From Armatimonadota bacterium (lineage in GTDB: Bacteria; Armatimonadota; Zipacnadia; Zipacnadales; UBA5352): DNA of 56,398 nucleotides. The position numbers and the translations under genes are program-made. The stretch covers positions 24,444 through 80,841 of the forward strand of contig JAYENL010000154.1 of the NCBI GenBank assembly GCA_034722055.1, written 5' to 3'. Below are positions 10,230-19,409 of the stretch, one piece after another. How positions within the stretch are numbered: the stretch's first letter is position 1; each line of letters starts with the position of its first letter. The notes below the pieces were generated by a model that ran no database searches, was not told where the DNA came from, and saw only the letters and a program-made list of their open reading frames with translations.

Positions 10230-10900
10230 CCTTGGGAGGCGGGCGCCCCCGCCCGTTTCTCCTGGCGACAACATTCGCGTAGGCCGGGCTTCCAGCCCGG
10301 ACAGACGGCGCACGCACAGGAGTGTGCGTGCCACGGAACGACACGGCATCCGCCAGCCGTTGACCGTTCGCCGTCGAGCGTCACGCACGCAAGGGGCCTT
10401 TCGGTGGGACGGACACTCCTGTCCGTCCGCCGTCCTGCGCAGGCCCGAAAGCCACCCGAAGAAGCGCACGCGCCCGCCCGCTTCTCTCGCACATCCTCCG
10501 CGTAGGCCGGGCTTCCAGCCCGCCAGCGACAGAAGAAGCACCCCAGCGGAGGGGCCGCCTGAGGGCGATTGCGCCGCAATCGCGCAAAGTCGGCCCGGCG
10601 GGTGATTGCCAGGCCTGGGCCGGCTTCGTCGGGCCTGACGGCCCTCCTCAGGACGGCCCCTCCGACGGCCTCTCGTCGTGCCATCCAAGCCGATGACCCA
10701 CCCCGACGCGCGCGACGGGCGGAGCCGGTGCAAGGCTCACCTCTCCGCTCGCTTCTCCTCGCACATCCTCCGCGTAGGCCGGGCTTCCAGCCCGGCAGCG
10801 ACAGACGAGGCATGGATAGAGACTAGATGTCTCCGGTACGCGTGCCACGCAATGACGCCTTGGGGCGCCTGCGCAAAGAAGGTAACCGCGCGCCGCAGCC
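10230..10900. repeat. cluster of at least 4 copies (both orientations) of a ~90-130 nt structured intergenic repeat; core CGCGTAGGCCGGGCTTCCAGCCCG + variable hairpin + GTGCCACGNAAYGRCG
   Basis: Forward cores start at ~10276, ~10500 and ~10773. A partial inverted copy lies at ~10375-10470. Each contains hairpin 1 (CCGGGC TTCCA GCCCGG). Hairpin 2 varies compensatorily between copies (GCACGCACA-GGAG-TGTGCGTGC versus GGACGGACA-CTCC-TGTCCGTCC versus GAGAC-TAGAT-GTCTC). The same family occurs at 33328 and 33533. Confidence 0.7.
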
Positions 10901-10962
10901 GAATACCTCACCAGCGCAGACACGGACGGCGGGAGCCGATCCCGCAGGAGTTGAGACACACA

Positions 10963-12264
10963 ATGGCTGAGACACTCGCGATCAAGGGCGGACCAAAGGC
11001 GGTTCAGACCGACACGGGCGATATCTTCTCATGGCCGATCATCACCGAGGAGGACGAGCAGGCCGTCCTGGAGGTCCTGCGGCGGGGAGGCATGTCGGGC
11101 ACGGACGTCACCACCAAGTTCGAGCGGGAGTACGCCGAGTGGCATGACATGGAGTACGCCCTCGGCTGCAGCAGCGGCACGGCCACGCTGCAGTCGGCGA
11201 TGTGGGCCTGCGGAGTGCGGGCGGGCGACGAGATCATCGCCCCCAGCCTCACCTACTGGGCGACCTGCCTGCCGGTCTTCAGCCTCCAGGGGACCATCGT
11301 CTTCGCCGAGGTCGATCCCGACTCCATGTGCCTGGACCCGGACGACATCGAGCATCGCATCACCGACCGCACCAAGGCCATCATCCCCGTGCACTACTGC
11401 GGGCACCCGGCCGACATGGACCCCATCATGGAGATCGCCGAAAGGCACGACCTCTACGTGATCGAAGATGTCTCCCATGCTCATGGCGGGCTCTACAAGG
11501 GCCGGCTGGTGGGCACCATCGGCCACGTGGGCTGCTTCTCGGTGATGAGCGGGAAGTCGCTGGCCGTCGGCGAGGGTGGCATGATCGTCACCAACCACCG
11601 CGACATCTGGGAGCGGTGCATCGCCTGGGGCCACTACGGCCGCACGAGAGGCACGCAGTGGACCGGCGACGTGGAGGTGGAGAACATCACGCTGGACGAG
11701 CTGAAGCCCTTCGTGGGGCTGCCCTGGGGTGGCTACAAGTACCGCATGCACCAGCTCTCCTCCGCGTGCGGCCGGGTGCAGCTCAAACACTACCGGGAGC
11801 GGATGGAGGAGATCCAGAAGGCCATGAACTACTTCTGGGACCTGCTGGAGGACGTTCCCGGGGTGAAGGCCCACCGCCCGCCCAAGGGCTCCGGCTCCAC
11901 CATGGGCGGCTGGTACGCCGCACATGGGCTCTACGTCGAGGAGGAGCTGGACGGGCTGCCCATCGAGACCTTCTGCGAGGCGGTGCGGGAGGAGGGCGTC
12001 TCCACCAGCCCTGGCGCCAACTTCCCGCTGCACCTGCACCCGCTGCTGAACGAGGCGGACATCTACGGCCACGGGGAGCCGACGCGCATCGCCAACTCCG
12101 ACCGCGACCTGCGCCAGCTCGAGGGGAGTCTCCCGGTCACGGAGAGCATGCCCCGGCGCTGTTACAGTATCCCGTGGTTCAAGCACTACCGCCCGGAGAT
12201 CATCGAGGAGCACGCCCTGGGGTTCCGCAAGGTCGCCGAGAACGCCGACCAGCTCATGGAATGA
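10963..12264 (+). CDS. DegT/DnrJ/EryC1/StrS-family PLP-dependent sugar aminotransferase
   Basis: Family-typical layout: substrate-sugar N-terminus, ...IIPVHYCGHPADMD..., DLYVIEDVSHAHGG, SVMSGKSLAVGEGG (candidate PLP-lysine). ATG at 10963 is in frame with a long upstream extension that was rejected. Confidence 0.85.
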   Translation: MAETLAIKGGPKAVQTDTGDIFSWPIITEEDEQAVLEVLRRGGMSGTDVTTKFEREYAEWHDMEYALGCSSGTATLQSAMWACGVRAGDEIIAPSLTYWATCLPVFSLQGTIVFAEVDPDSMCLDPDDIEHRITDRTKAIIPVHYCGHPADMDPIMEIAERHDLYVIEDVSHAHGGLYKGRLVGTIGHVGCFSVMSGKSLAVGEGGMIVTNHRDIWERCIAWGHYGRTRGTQWTGDVEVENITLDELKPFVGLPWGGYKYRMHQLSSACGRVQLKHYRERMEEIQKAMNYFWDLLEDVPGVKAHRPPKGSGSTMGGWYAAHGLYVEEELDGLPIETFCEAVREEGVSTSPGANFPLHLHPLLNEADIYGHGEPTRIANSDRDLRQLEGSLPVTESMPRRCYSIPWFKHYRPEIIEEHALGFRKVAENADQLME

Positions 12265-12371
12265 GGGGAGGCCCTCAGACAGCCGACGACAGCTCGCTCA
12301 GGCAGGGGTATCGAATGCCGGCGCATTGCCCGGCGGTCGCGGCCCCGTGCCGAGCCATTGCCGCGCCGTAT

Positions 12372-12400
12372 GGAGGGGCCGGACCACCGTCCGGCCCGCC
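12372..12400. repeat. REP-like palindromic hairpin GGAGGGGCCGGACCACCGTCCGGCCCGCC (9-bp stem, 4-nt loop) in a convergent intergenic region
   Basis: The same 29-mer (C/T variable in the loop) recurs at ~33226, ~33431 and 44334. This copy is flanked by the shared context TTGCCGCGCCGT. Confidence 0.6.
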
Positions 12401-12411
12401 GTTTCTTGGCA

Positions 12412-14331
12412 TTACCCGATGTCGATGTGCAGCTTGCGGTAGAGCTCGCCGGGCAGCAGCGCGCCGAAGGCGCCCCACAGCAGGCCCGCCACGAACAGGT
12501 GCCCGAAGGCGATGCCCAGAAACAGCGGCACCAGCCGCCGGTAGGTCCCGGCCCCGCCCAGCTTCACCACCAGTGACTTCACCACCCACACGGCCAGGAA
12601 CGGCCCCCACAGCAGGTAGCCGTAGCTGGTGGCCAGTGCGTACCCCAGCGGGTGCACGGGCAGCCGCAGGAACTGATGCCGCAGCGCGGAGAGGGCGGTC
12701 ACCACCGCCGCCCCACCTGCCGCGAAGCCCGTCGCCAGCCGCTGCGGCGGCGCCGGGCTGTCGTACATCCCCGACAGCAGGTCGAACTCCTGCCGAGCCA
12801 GCGTCGTCCGGTATCCCCCGGCGATCGTCCCGCCCTCCAGCACGTTGGCACCGTACTGGTAGAACGCCTGCAGGTGCATGGCGTAGGCCAGCGGGAGGCC
12901 CACCACGAAGGCGATCACCAGCGCGGCCACGATCTCCCGGCGGCGGGCCCGCATCCTATCGCCCAGCTCCAGGCTCTCCACCTGGAAGGCCATCAGCCCC
13001 GGGAAGTAGCCGCGGCAGAGGAAGTTCATGATGGACATGATGGTCAGCGACTGAAAGCCGCCACGCGCCCATGGCGCCGAGCCGGTGGCCTCCAGAATGA
13101 GCTTCTTGGCCTCGCCAAAGGGAAACGCCCAGTTCGTGGGCACGCCGGTCTCCGCCCGCACGCGGGTGAAGGTGATGGCGACAGCCAGCATCACGCCGAA
13201 GAACAGCGCCGCCAGGCCAAGGTGCATGCCCGCCGCTCGCGCCCACACGAGCATCCCCGCCAGCCCGGCCGCCCCAAGGACGTATGCCCAGCCACGACGC
13301 GCGTCGCCCGCCTCCGCGCGCCCCATCAGCCCCTGCAGCGCCTCCCCCAGCGAGCGCCGCGCCGACCACACCAGCAAAACGGCCATCGCCACGTAGGCGC
13401 CGACGCTCTGCCGCATGGTGAACGGGAAGCCCGGCGGCTCGTAGCCCACCGCCGTTCCGCCCACCGACAGCAGTTGCACCAGCAGAAAGAAGGCCCACGT
13501 CGATCCCAGGATCTCCAGCGGCACAAGGTAGCCGAAGCCCAGGAACTCCGGGCGGTGGTAGAAGCGAACGGCACCCATTGCGCTCCAGGGGCGCTCGGTG
13601 AAGAGGCTCCCGACCGGGTAGGTCAGACCCAGCGCCGGGAGTGCGGGGTTGAGCGCCTGCGCGATGTTGGTGCCGTCGAAGAGCGCCGCCAGGCCGAAGC
13701 CGATCCACATCAGCGGGTCCCGAAGCATCGGCAGGCGCGAGACGGCGCCCTCCCGGCCTACAAGCTCCACCGCGAATGTGGCCACCGGGTAGGTCAGCCG
13801 GTCGTGCTCCGTCCACGGCCGGCGCAGCAGCACCGCCACCGCCAGCAGCAGCGCGAAGAAACAGCCCAGCAGCAGCGCCCAGGAGGCCAGCGGCTGCAGC
13901 CAGGCGTCCCAGGGCACGCGCTCGTTCGCGGCCCCCTCGAAGTAGGCCTGGATCGCGGCGTCATCGCTCGGCGCCACCCAGCCAGGCACCAGCTTGGCAA
14001 GCTCCGCGTAGTTGTTGGGCGGCTCCGCGAAGTAGGGCAGGGCCGTCAGCGACGGCAGCAGCGGCCGGACGATCCCGAGGCTCGTCAGCGGGATGCCCAC
14101 CAAGACGATGATGTAGGCCACCGCGATCTCCGATGCCGCCAGCACGCGCCGACGCCGCAGCCACGCCAGCAGCCGGTCCAGGGCAATCAGCGCCAGCAGC
14201 GCCGCCAGGGCTGGCCCGGAGGGCACGCTGTTGTCGATGTTCGCCCCGAAGGTGATCAGCGAGGCGTAGCGAATCCACGCCACGCCGACCACCAGCAGCG
14301 CGACCCCCAGTGTCGTGGCGCGCAGACTCAT
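12412..14331 (-). CDS. large polytopic integral membrane protein of unknown family (paralog of 35300..37282)
   Basis: ~640 aa from MSLRATTLGVALLVVG, with many hydrophobic helices. Segments align with the second paralog: YFEGAANERVPWDAWLQPLASWAL vs FYEGLRSGAAMPWRPWLQALAAWLP; RRPWTEHDRLTYPVATFAVELV vs RRQWVDNEKLSFPLTVLPVELA; RDPLMWIGFGLAA vs ADPIMWIGFAIPT. Confidence 0.7.
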   Translation of the reverse strand: MSLRATTLGVALLVVGVAWIRYASLITFGANIDNSVPSGPALAALLALIALDRLLAWLRRRRVLAASEIAVAYIIVLVGIPLTSLGIVRPLLPSLTALPYFAEPPNNYAELAKLVPGWVAPSDDAAIQAYFEGAANERVPWDAWLQPLASWALLLGCFFALLLAVAVLLRRPWTEHDRLTYPVATFAVELVGREGAVSRLPMLRDPLMWIGFGLAALFDGTNIAQALNPALPALGLTYPVGSLFTERPWSAMGAVRFYHRPEFLGFGYLVPLEILGSTWAFFLLVQLLSVGGTAVGYEPPGFPFTMRQSVGAYVAMAVLLVWSARRSLGEALQGLMGRAEAGDARRGWAYVLGAAGLAGMLVWARAAGMHLGLAALFFGVMLAVAITFTRVRAETGVPTNWAFPFGEAKKLILEATGSAPWARGGFQSLTIMSIMNFLCRGYFPGLMAFQVESLELGDRMRARRREIVAALVIAFVVGLPLAYAMHLQAFYQYGANVLEGGTIAGGYRTTLARQEFDLLSGMYDSPAPPQRLATGFAAGGAAVVTALSALRHQFLRLPVHPLGYALATSYGYLLWGPFLAVWVVKSLVVKLGGAGTYRRLVPLFLGIAFGHLFVAGLLWGAFGALLPGELYRKLHIDIG

Positions 14332-14500
14332 GGTGCGGGTGATCGTCTCCCTGCCGCCGACGCCCGCAGGCGCCGGAAGTTCGGAGGCATGAGGGCATTT
14401 CAGGCGCCTCCCACGTCCACCTCTCATTCGACAGGCCGGGCCGCGTTCCTCCGCCCACGCACCACCCGCAGCATCAGACTCGGCGGCACAGCGCGGGCGC

Positions 14501-15739
14501 CTACTCCTCCGGCACGTCGATCACGTAGACGCTCCGGCGGTCCGGGATGTACTCCCCATCCTCTGTGCGACGCCCGTAGTCGATGCGGTAGAGGATCACG
14601 TAGAGGCGGCCGTCCTCATCCTGACGGACCTCGAAGTTCGAGAGCTGCACGATCTCGCTGTCGATCTCCGGGTTGCGAGTGTCAATGACCGTCACCGTGT
14701 CGCGGATCAGCCCCAGCGTCTCCTCGTCGATCTCCCCGATGACGAGGGGATAGCGCGGATGGTTGCCGCCCGGGTTCTCATCGCAGGTGTTCCCGAGCCA
14801 GTAAAGCCGCTCGTTGGCGAGTGAGCGCACCAGTACCGAGTGGGCCGACGGCGAGTAAAGTGGGGTGCCGTCCGAGTAGGTCCACGCCTGGGGCTGGGTC
14901 CAGGTGCGGCACCAGTCGCGCGAGGTGCAGATCCACTTGCGCCCGGGCAGCTCCGGGCGCTTGTCGTTGGAGCCGCGGCTGATCATCAGGAACTCGCCGG
15001 GACGCGTCGTCTCGATGATCGAGGGCTCGTCCAGGCCGCGGGTTGAGAGCTCGTGGTCAATGCGCACCACCTCGCCGAGTTCCCAGATGACGTCCGTGGC
15101 GTCATCCACCCACTGCCCGATGAGCACTGCAGCGTCGGAGAACGTGAACGCCCCCGCCGGGTTGTAGTACTCCCCGTTCTCGTCCAGCGGCGGGATCATG
15201 ATGGGCAGCATGATCTCGCCGTTGCTGGCCTCGATCATGAGCATGCCCGACGAGATCATGGCGCAGTTCTTGCCCACGCGAACCGGCTCCAGCGGGTGCA
15301 TGAGGTCGTACTGGTCGCCCTGCTGGATGAGGGGCTTGACGGGCCCGAAGCTCCGCCCATCGTCGGCTGAGACCTGGTAGGCGAGCTTGTAGCGCAGGTA
15401 GGCCTCCAGGTTGTCCGTGCCATGCCGGGTGAGCATGAGCACTCGCAGCACCGAGTCGCCACCCGTCTGCCGCACCACGCGCTGCGAGCAGACGTCGTAG
15501 GGATCGTCGGGGTATCCCGCCGAGACCTGCCTGGGAGCGGCCTCGATGCCGGCGCCGGGTGGCGGCGGCAGCTCCGGCAGTTCCACGTCAGGGATCTCGC
15601 CCTGCGGGTCGAAGTAGTTCACGTAGCGGCCCACCACACGCAGCCCCTCGCCCCCGCCCCCGTCATCCGCGGTCACCGAATGGGCCACCATCAGCAGAGC
15701 GGCAACGGCCATCGAGAGCATCAGTGCTCGTGCCATCGG
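14501..15739 (-). CDS. secreted BNR-repeat / sialidase-like (GH33-like) glycosyl hydrolase
   Basis: Signal peptide MARALMLSMAVAALLMVAHSVTA. BNR-like SxDxGxS/TW motifs (SADDGRSFGP; TSRDWCRTW). Start chosen at the Met heading the signal peptide rather than the upstream extension. Confidence 0.6.
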   Translation of the reverse strand, partial: PMARALMLSMAVAALLMVAHSVTADDGGGGEGLRVVGRYVNYFDPQGEIPDVELPELPPPPGAGIEAAPRQVSAGYPDDPYDVCSQRVVRQTGGDSVLRVLMLTRHGTDNLEAYLRYKLAYQVSADDGRSFGPVKPLIQQGDQYDLMHPLEPVRVGKNCAMISSGMLMIEASNGEIMLPIMIPPLDENGEYYNPAGAFTFSDAAVLIGQWVDDATDVIWELGEVVRIDHELSTRGLDEPSIIETTRPGEFLMISRGSNDKRPELPGRKWICTSRDWCRTWTQPQAWTYSDGTPLYSPSAHSVLVRSLANERLYWLGNTCDENPGGNHPRYPLVIGEIDEETLGLIRDTVTVIDTRNPEIDSEIVQLSNFEVRQDEDGRLYVILYRIDYGRRTEDGEYIPDRRSVYVIDVPEE

Positions 15740-15940
15740 AGTCTCCTGTTCGCGCGTATGATCCACAGGATACCGGCGCCGCGCGCCGGGACGGGATGAC
15801 GGCAACGGCGGCAATCTGCATTGCCGTCCCTGTCCTTACCGTTGGCGTGAGTCGTTCTCCTGAATATCTTGTCCATCCTGTTCCCCCGTCGTTGCCCGAG
15901 CAGGTCGCCACGTTGCTCCCATACACCGCGCAACGCGATG

Positions 15941-15970
15941 TTGCGGGGGGCTGGCTTGGCGTGGTATACT
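15941..15970 (+). promoter_or_regulatory. sigma70-like promoter candidate for rel (TTGCGG -N18- TATACT)
   Basis: Hexamers read directly ~50 bp upstream of the rel ATG. Consensus-like -10 in an otherwise GC-rich region. Confidence 0.3.
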
Positions 15971-16016
15971 TCCCCCACACAGCAGCTTAAGCCTTCAGGG
16001 ATGTGTTGAGCTGAGC

Positions 16017-18209
16017 ATGGCGAACACCCATCCCGACAATCTGCAGGGCATCCTCAGCCGCGTGGAGGGCTACTGGTCCGAGGAGGACATGGCGCGGCTG
16101 GAATCCGCGTGCCGGTTTGCCAGGGAGGCCCACGCCGACAGCCCGCCCCGCAAGACGGGCCATCCCTTCATCACACACCCTCTGGCGGTGGCCGAGATCC
16201 TCAGCGAGATCGAGGCCGATCCCACCACCGTCATTGCCGGCCTGCTGCACGACACCGTGGAGGACACCCACACCGACCTCGAGGAGATCGAGGCTCAGTT
16301 CGGCGAGACCATCAGCAAGCTCGTGGACGGGGTGACCAAGCTGACGCGCCTGGACTTCCACACCCGCCAGGAGCAACAGGCCGAGAACCTGCGCAAGATG
16401 TTCCTGGCCATGGCCCAGGACATCCGCGTGATCCTCATCAAGTTCGCCGATCGTCTCCACAACATGCGCACGCTCTTCGCCCTCCCCCAGGAGAAGCAGC
16501 GGGGCACCGCCACCGAGACGCTGCACATCTTCGCGCCCCTGGCCCACCGCCTGGGGATCTGGCGATTCAAGTGGGAGCTGGAGGACCTGTCGTTCCGCTA
16601 CGTGGAGCCGGAGGTCTACTACGAGGTGGCGCAGCTCCTCGGCCAGGGCCGCGCGGAGCGGGAGCAGAAGATCGAGGCCGTGCGCACCGCGGTGCAGGGC
16701 CGACTGCAGGCGGAGGGCGTCACCGCCACGGTCCACGGCCGCGCCAAGCACATCTACTCCATCGCCCAGAAGATGCAGAGCCAGGACGTCAGCTTCGACC
16801 AGATCGCCGATCTCGCCGCCATCCGCATCATTACGGGCAGCGTCGCGGACTGCTACGCCGCCCTGGGCCTCGTTCACGAGCTGTGGATGCCCATACAAGG
16901 CATGTTCACCGACTACATCGCCAAGCCCAAGGCGAACAAGTACCAGTCCCTGCACACCAAGGTCATCGGCCCCGATAAGCAGCCACTGGAGGTGCAGATC
17001 CGAACCTGGGAGATGCACCGCGTCGCTGAGTACGGCGTGGCCGCGCACTGGCGCTACAAGGAGGGCAGGAGGGGCACGCCCTCCGACGACCAGATCTCCC
17101 TGCTGCGCCAGGTCCTGGAGCTGGAGACCGATCTGACGGAGAGTCACGAGTTCCTGGAGCTGCTGCAGACCGACCTGTTCAACGATCAGGTCTTCGTCTT
17201 CACCCCCGATGGCGACGTCATCGACCTCCCGGCCGGCGCGGGGCCCATCGACTTCGCCTACCGCATCCACACCGAGATCGGGCACCATTGCGTCGGCGCC
17301 CGCGTCAACGGCCGCCAGGTGTCGCTCAGCTACCAGTTCCGCAACGGCGACATCGCCGAGATCCTCACCTCCGCCTCCGCCGAGCCCAGCCGGGACTGGC
17401 TGGAGCTGATCAAGTCCTCCAGGGCCAAGGCCAAGGTGCGCCGCCACCTCCGGGCCAAGGTGCACGCTGAGAACGTGGAGGCCGGCACGAACGCCCTTCG
17501 GGAGGCGCTGTCGGAGTACCCCCGGGCCGTGCAGGAGGCCGTGGACCTCGAGGACCTCAGCGACGTGCTGGGAAACTTCGGCTTCAAGGACACCGACGAT
17601 CTCCTGGCGGCCGTCGGGTACGGCGACGTGGAGGCGGACACGGTAATCCGCGACCTGGTGGCCGACGAGGTGCGGCCGGAGAGCCTTGCAGAGGAGGTGG
17701 AGCAGGTCCTGGCCGAGAGCGGCTCGGGCGGACCGTCCCCGCGCGGCGAGGCCCCGGCCGTCTCGGTTGACGGCATGGACGGCTTCCAGTGCCGTCTCAG
17801 CAAGTGCTGCTCCCCGCTGCCGGGCGACGACATCACCGGCTACATCACCCGCGGGAAGGGCCTCACCATCCACCGCAGCGACTGCAAGAACCTCCGCTAC
17901 CACGCCGAGAATGAGCCCGACCGCGTGGTCCCCCTGAACTGGTCGCGCAACGGCGACGGCGCGATCTTCCAGCACGAGATCGAGATCGTGGCCGTGGACC
18001 GGGTGGGCCTGTTCTCGCACATCGCGGCCGTCATTGCCGAGTGCGGCATCAACATCGCCAGCGCCAACGCCAACACCACCGACTCCGGCGTGGCGCGGCT
18101 GCACCTCAGCCTTGACATCCGGCGCCGCCAGGACCTCGACCACGTCCTGGAGCGCCTCCGCTCCCTCATCGACGTCATCAGCGTGCGGCACATGTCGCTG
18201 AGCAGGTAA
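16017..18209 (+). CDS. rel: bifunctional (p)ppGpp synthetase/hydrolase, RelA/SpoT family
   Basis: HD hydrolase motif (GHPFITHPLAVAEIL...LLHDTVEDT). Synthetase region (HGRAKHIYSIAQKM...YQSLHTKV). TGS segment and C-terminal ACT-like domain. 730 aa, typical length. Confidence 0.92.
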   Translation: MANTHPDNLQGILSRVEGYWSEEDMARLESACRFAREAHADSPPRKTGHPFITHPLAVAEILSEIEADPTTVIAGLLHDTVEDTHTDLEEIEAQFGETISKLVDGVTKLTRLDFHTRQEQQAENLRKMFLAMAQDIRVILIKFADRLHNMRTLFALPQEKQRGTATETLHIFAPLAHRLGIWRFKWELEDLSFRYVEPEVYYEVAQLLGQGRAEREQKIEAVRTAVQGRLQAEGVTATVHGRAKHIYSIAQKMQSQDVSFDQIADLAAIRIITGSVADCYAALGLVHELWMPIQGMFTDYIAKPKANKYQSLHTKVIGPDKQPLEVQIRTWEMHRVAEYGVAAHWRYKEGRRGTPSDDQISLLRQVLELETDLTESHEFLELLQTDLFNDQVFVFTPDGDVIDLPAGAGPIDFAYRIHTEIGHHCVGARVNGRQVSLSYQFRNGDIAEILTSASAEPSRDWLELIKSSRAKAKVRRHLRAKVHAENVEAGTNALREALSEYPRAVQEAVDLEDLSDVLGNFGFKDTDDLLAAVGYGDVEADTVIRDLVADEVRPESLAEEVEQVLAESGSGGPSPRGEAPAVSVDGMDGFQCRLSKCCSPLPGDDITGYITRGKGLTIHRSDCKNLRYHAENEPDRVVPLNWSRNGDGAIFQHEIEIVAVDRVGLFSHIAAVIAECGINIASANANTTDSGVARLHLSLDIRRRQDLDHVLERLRSLIDVISVRHMSLSR

Positions 18210-18287
18210 TCGCCTCCCCCCGGCTGCAACCTTTGCCCGCCTCCCCCCTCTAACATTCAGAGCAGCCGGCGCGGCCTGCGCCGTGAG

Positions 18288-19409
18288 ATGACGCGAGGTA
18301 TGCCATCAGTGGAAATCCCCCTGGTTGATCTCCAGACCCAGTACCAGCACATCCGCGAGGAGGTCCTGGAGGCGTTCGACGAGGCCCTCACCGGCATGCA
18401 GCTCGTCCTGGGTCCCAATGTGCAGGCGTTCGAGAGGGAGTGGGCCGAGTTCTGCGATGTCGAGCACGCCGTCGGCGTGGGCAGCGGCACGGAGGCGCTG
18501 CACCTGCTGCTCCGTGCCGCCGGAGTCGGTCCCGGCGATGAGGTCATCACAGTCTCCTTCACATTCATCGGCACCATCGAGGCCATTCTGCACGTGGACG
18601 CCACGCCCGTGCTGGTGGACATCGACCCCGAGACGTTCTGCATCGATCCCGAGCAGGTGGCCCGGCGGATCACGCCCAACACCCGCGCCGTCATCCCCGT
18701 GCACCTCTACGGCCATCCCGCGGACATGGACGGGCTGCGCGAGGCCGTGGGCGATCGCGACGTGATGCTGCTGGAGGATGCCGCCCAGGCCCATGGGGCC
18801 CAGTACCGGGGCCGCCGGGTGGGCGGGATCGGTCGCGGGGCCATCTTCAGCTTCTACCTCAGCAAGAACCTGGCCGCGTACGGCGAGGCCGGCGCCGTCA
18901 CCACCGACGGCGCCGACCTGGAGGACCGCGTCCGCTACCTGCGGGTGCATGGCAGTCGGGAGAAGTACGTCCACCGCTACGTGGGCTACAACAGCCGCAT
19001 GGACGAGCTGCAGGCGGCGGTGCTGCGCATCAAGCTCCGGCGCCTGGCGGACTGGAATGAGGCCCGCCGCCGCCACGCCACGCGCTACAACCAGAACCTG
19101 GCCGACCTCGACGTGCAGCTCCCGGTCGAGAGGCCCTGGGCGCGGCACGTCTATCACGTCTACACCATCCGCACCCCGCGCCGGGACGAGCTGGCGGCTG
19201 CCCTGAAGGAGGCGGGCATCGGCCACGCCATCCACTACCGCGTCCCCTCTCACCTGCAGGAGGCCATGGCGCACCTCGGCTACGGCCCCGGCTCCCTCCC
19301 GGAGACGGAGCGCGCCGCCGACCAGGTACTCTCCCTCCCCATGTACCCCGAGCTCACCAACGAGCAGATCGACCGCGTCTGCGAGGTCGTCCACGGCGTG
19401 CTGGGCTGA
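18288..19409 (+). CDS. DegT/DnrJ/EryC1/StrS-family sugar aminotransferase (second copy)
   Basis: LVDLQTQYQHIREEVLEAFDEAL, GSGTEALHL, VIPVHLYGHPADMD, LLEDAAQAHGA, FSFYLSKNLAAYGEAG: canonical DegT/PseC/ArnB-type motifs. The exact start (18288 vs 18300) is uncertain. Confidence 0.85.
   Translation: MTRGMPSVEIPLVDLQTQYQHIREEVLEAFDEALTGMQLVLGPNVQAFEREWAEFCDVEHAVGVGSGTEALHLLLRAAGVGPGDEVITVSFTFIGTIEAILHVDATPVLVDIDPETFCIDPEQVARRITPNTRAVIPVHLYGHPADMDGLREAVGDRDVMLLEDAAQAHGAQYRGRRVGGIGRGAIFSFYLSKNLAAYGEAGAVTTDGADLEDRVRYLRVHGSREKYVHRYVGYNSRMDELQAAVLRIKLRRLADWNEARRRHATRYNQNLADLDVQLPVERPWARHVYHVYTIRTPRRDELAAALKEAGIGHAIHYRVPSHLQEAMAHLGYGPGSLPETERAADQVLSLPMYPELTNEQIDRVCEVVHGVLG

Noticed and set aside
8807-10813. 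668-aa minus-strand ORF spanning the GH2 gene 3' end and the repeat cluster
   Set aside because: Runs through intergenic repeats and antisense to a well-supported gene. Arg/Gly-rich junk translation.
10678-12264. N-terminally extended (528 aa) version of the DegT ORF
   Set aside because: The extension covers the repeat cluster and has no family similarity. DegT homology begins at the ATG at 10963.
15987-18191. 734-aa ORF antisense to rel
   Set aside because: rel is unambiguous on the plus strand. The antisense ORF is a GC artefact.
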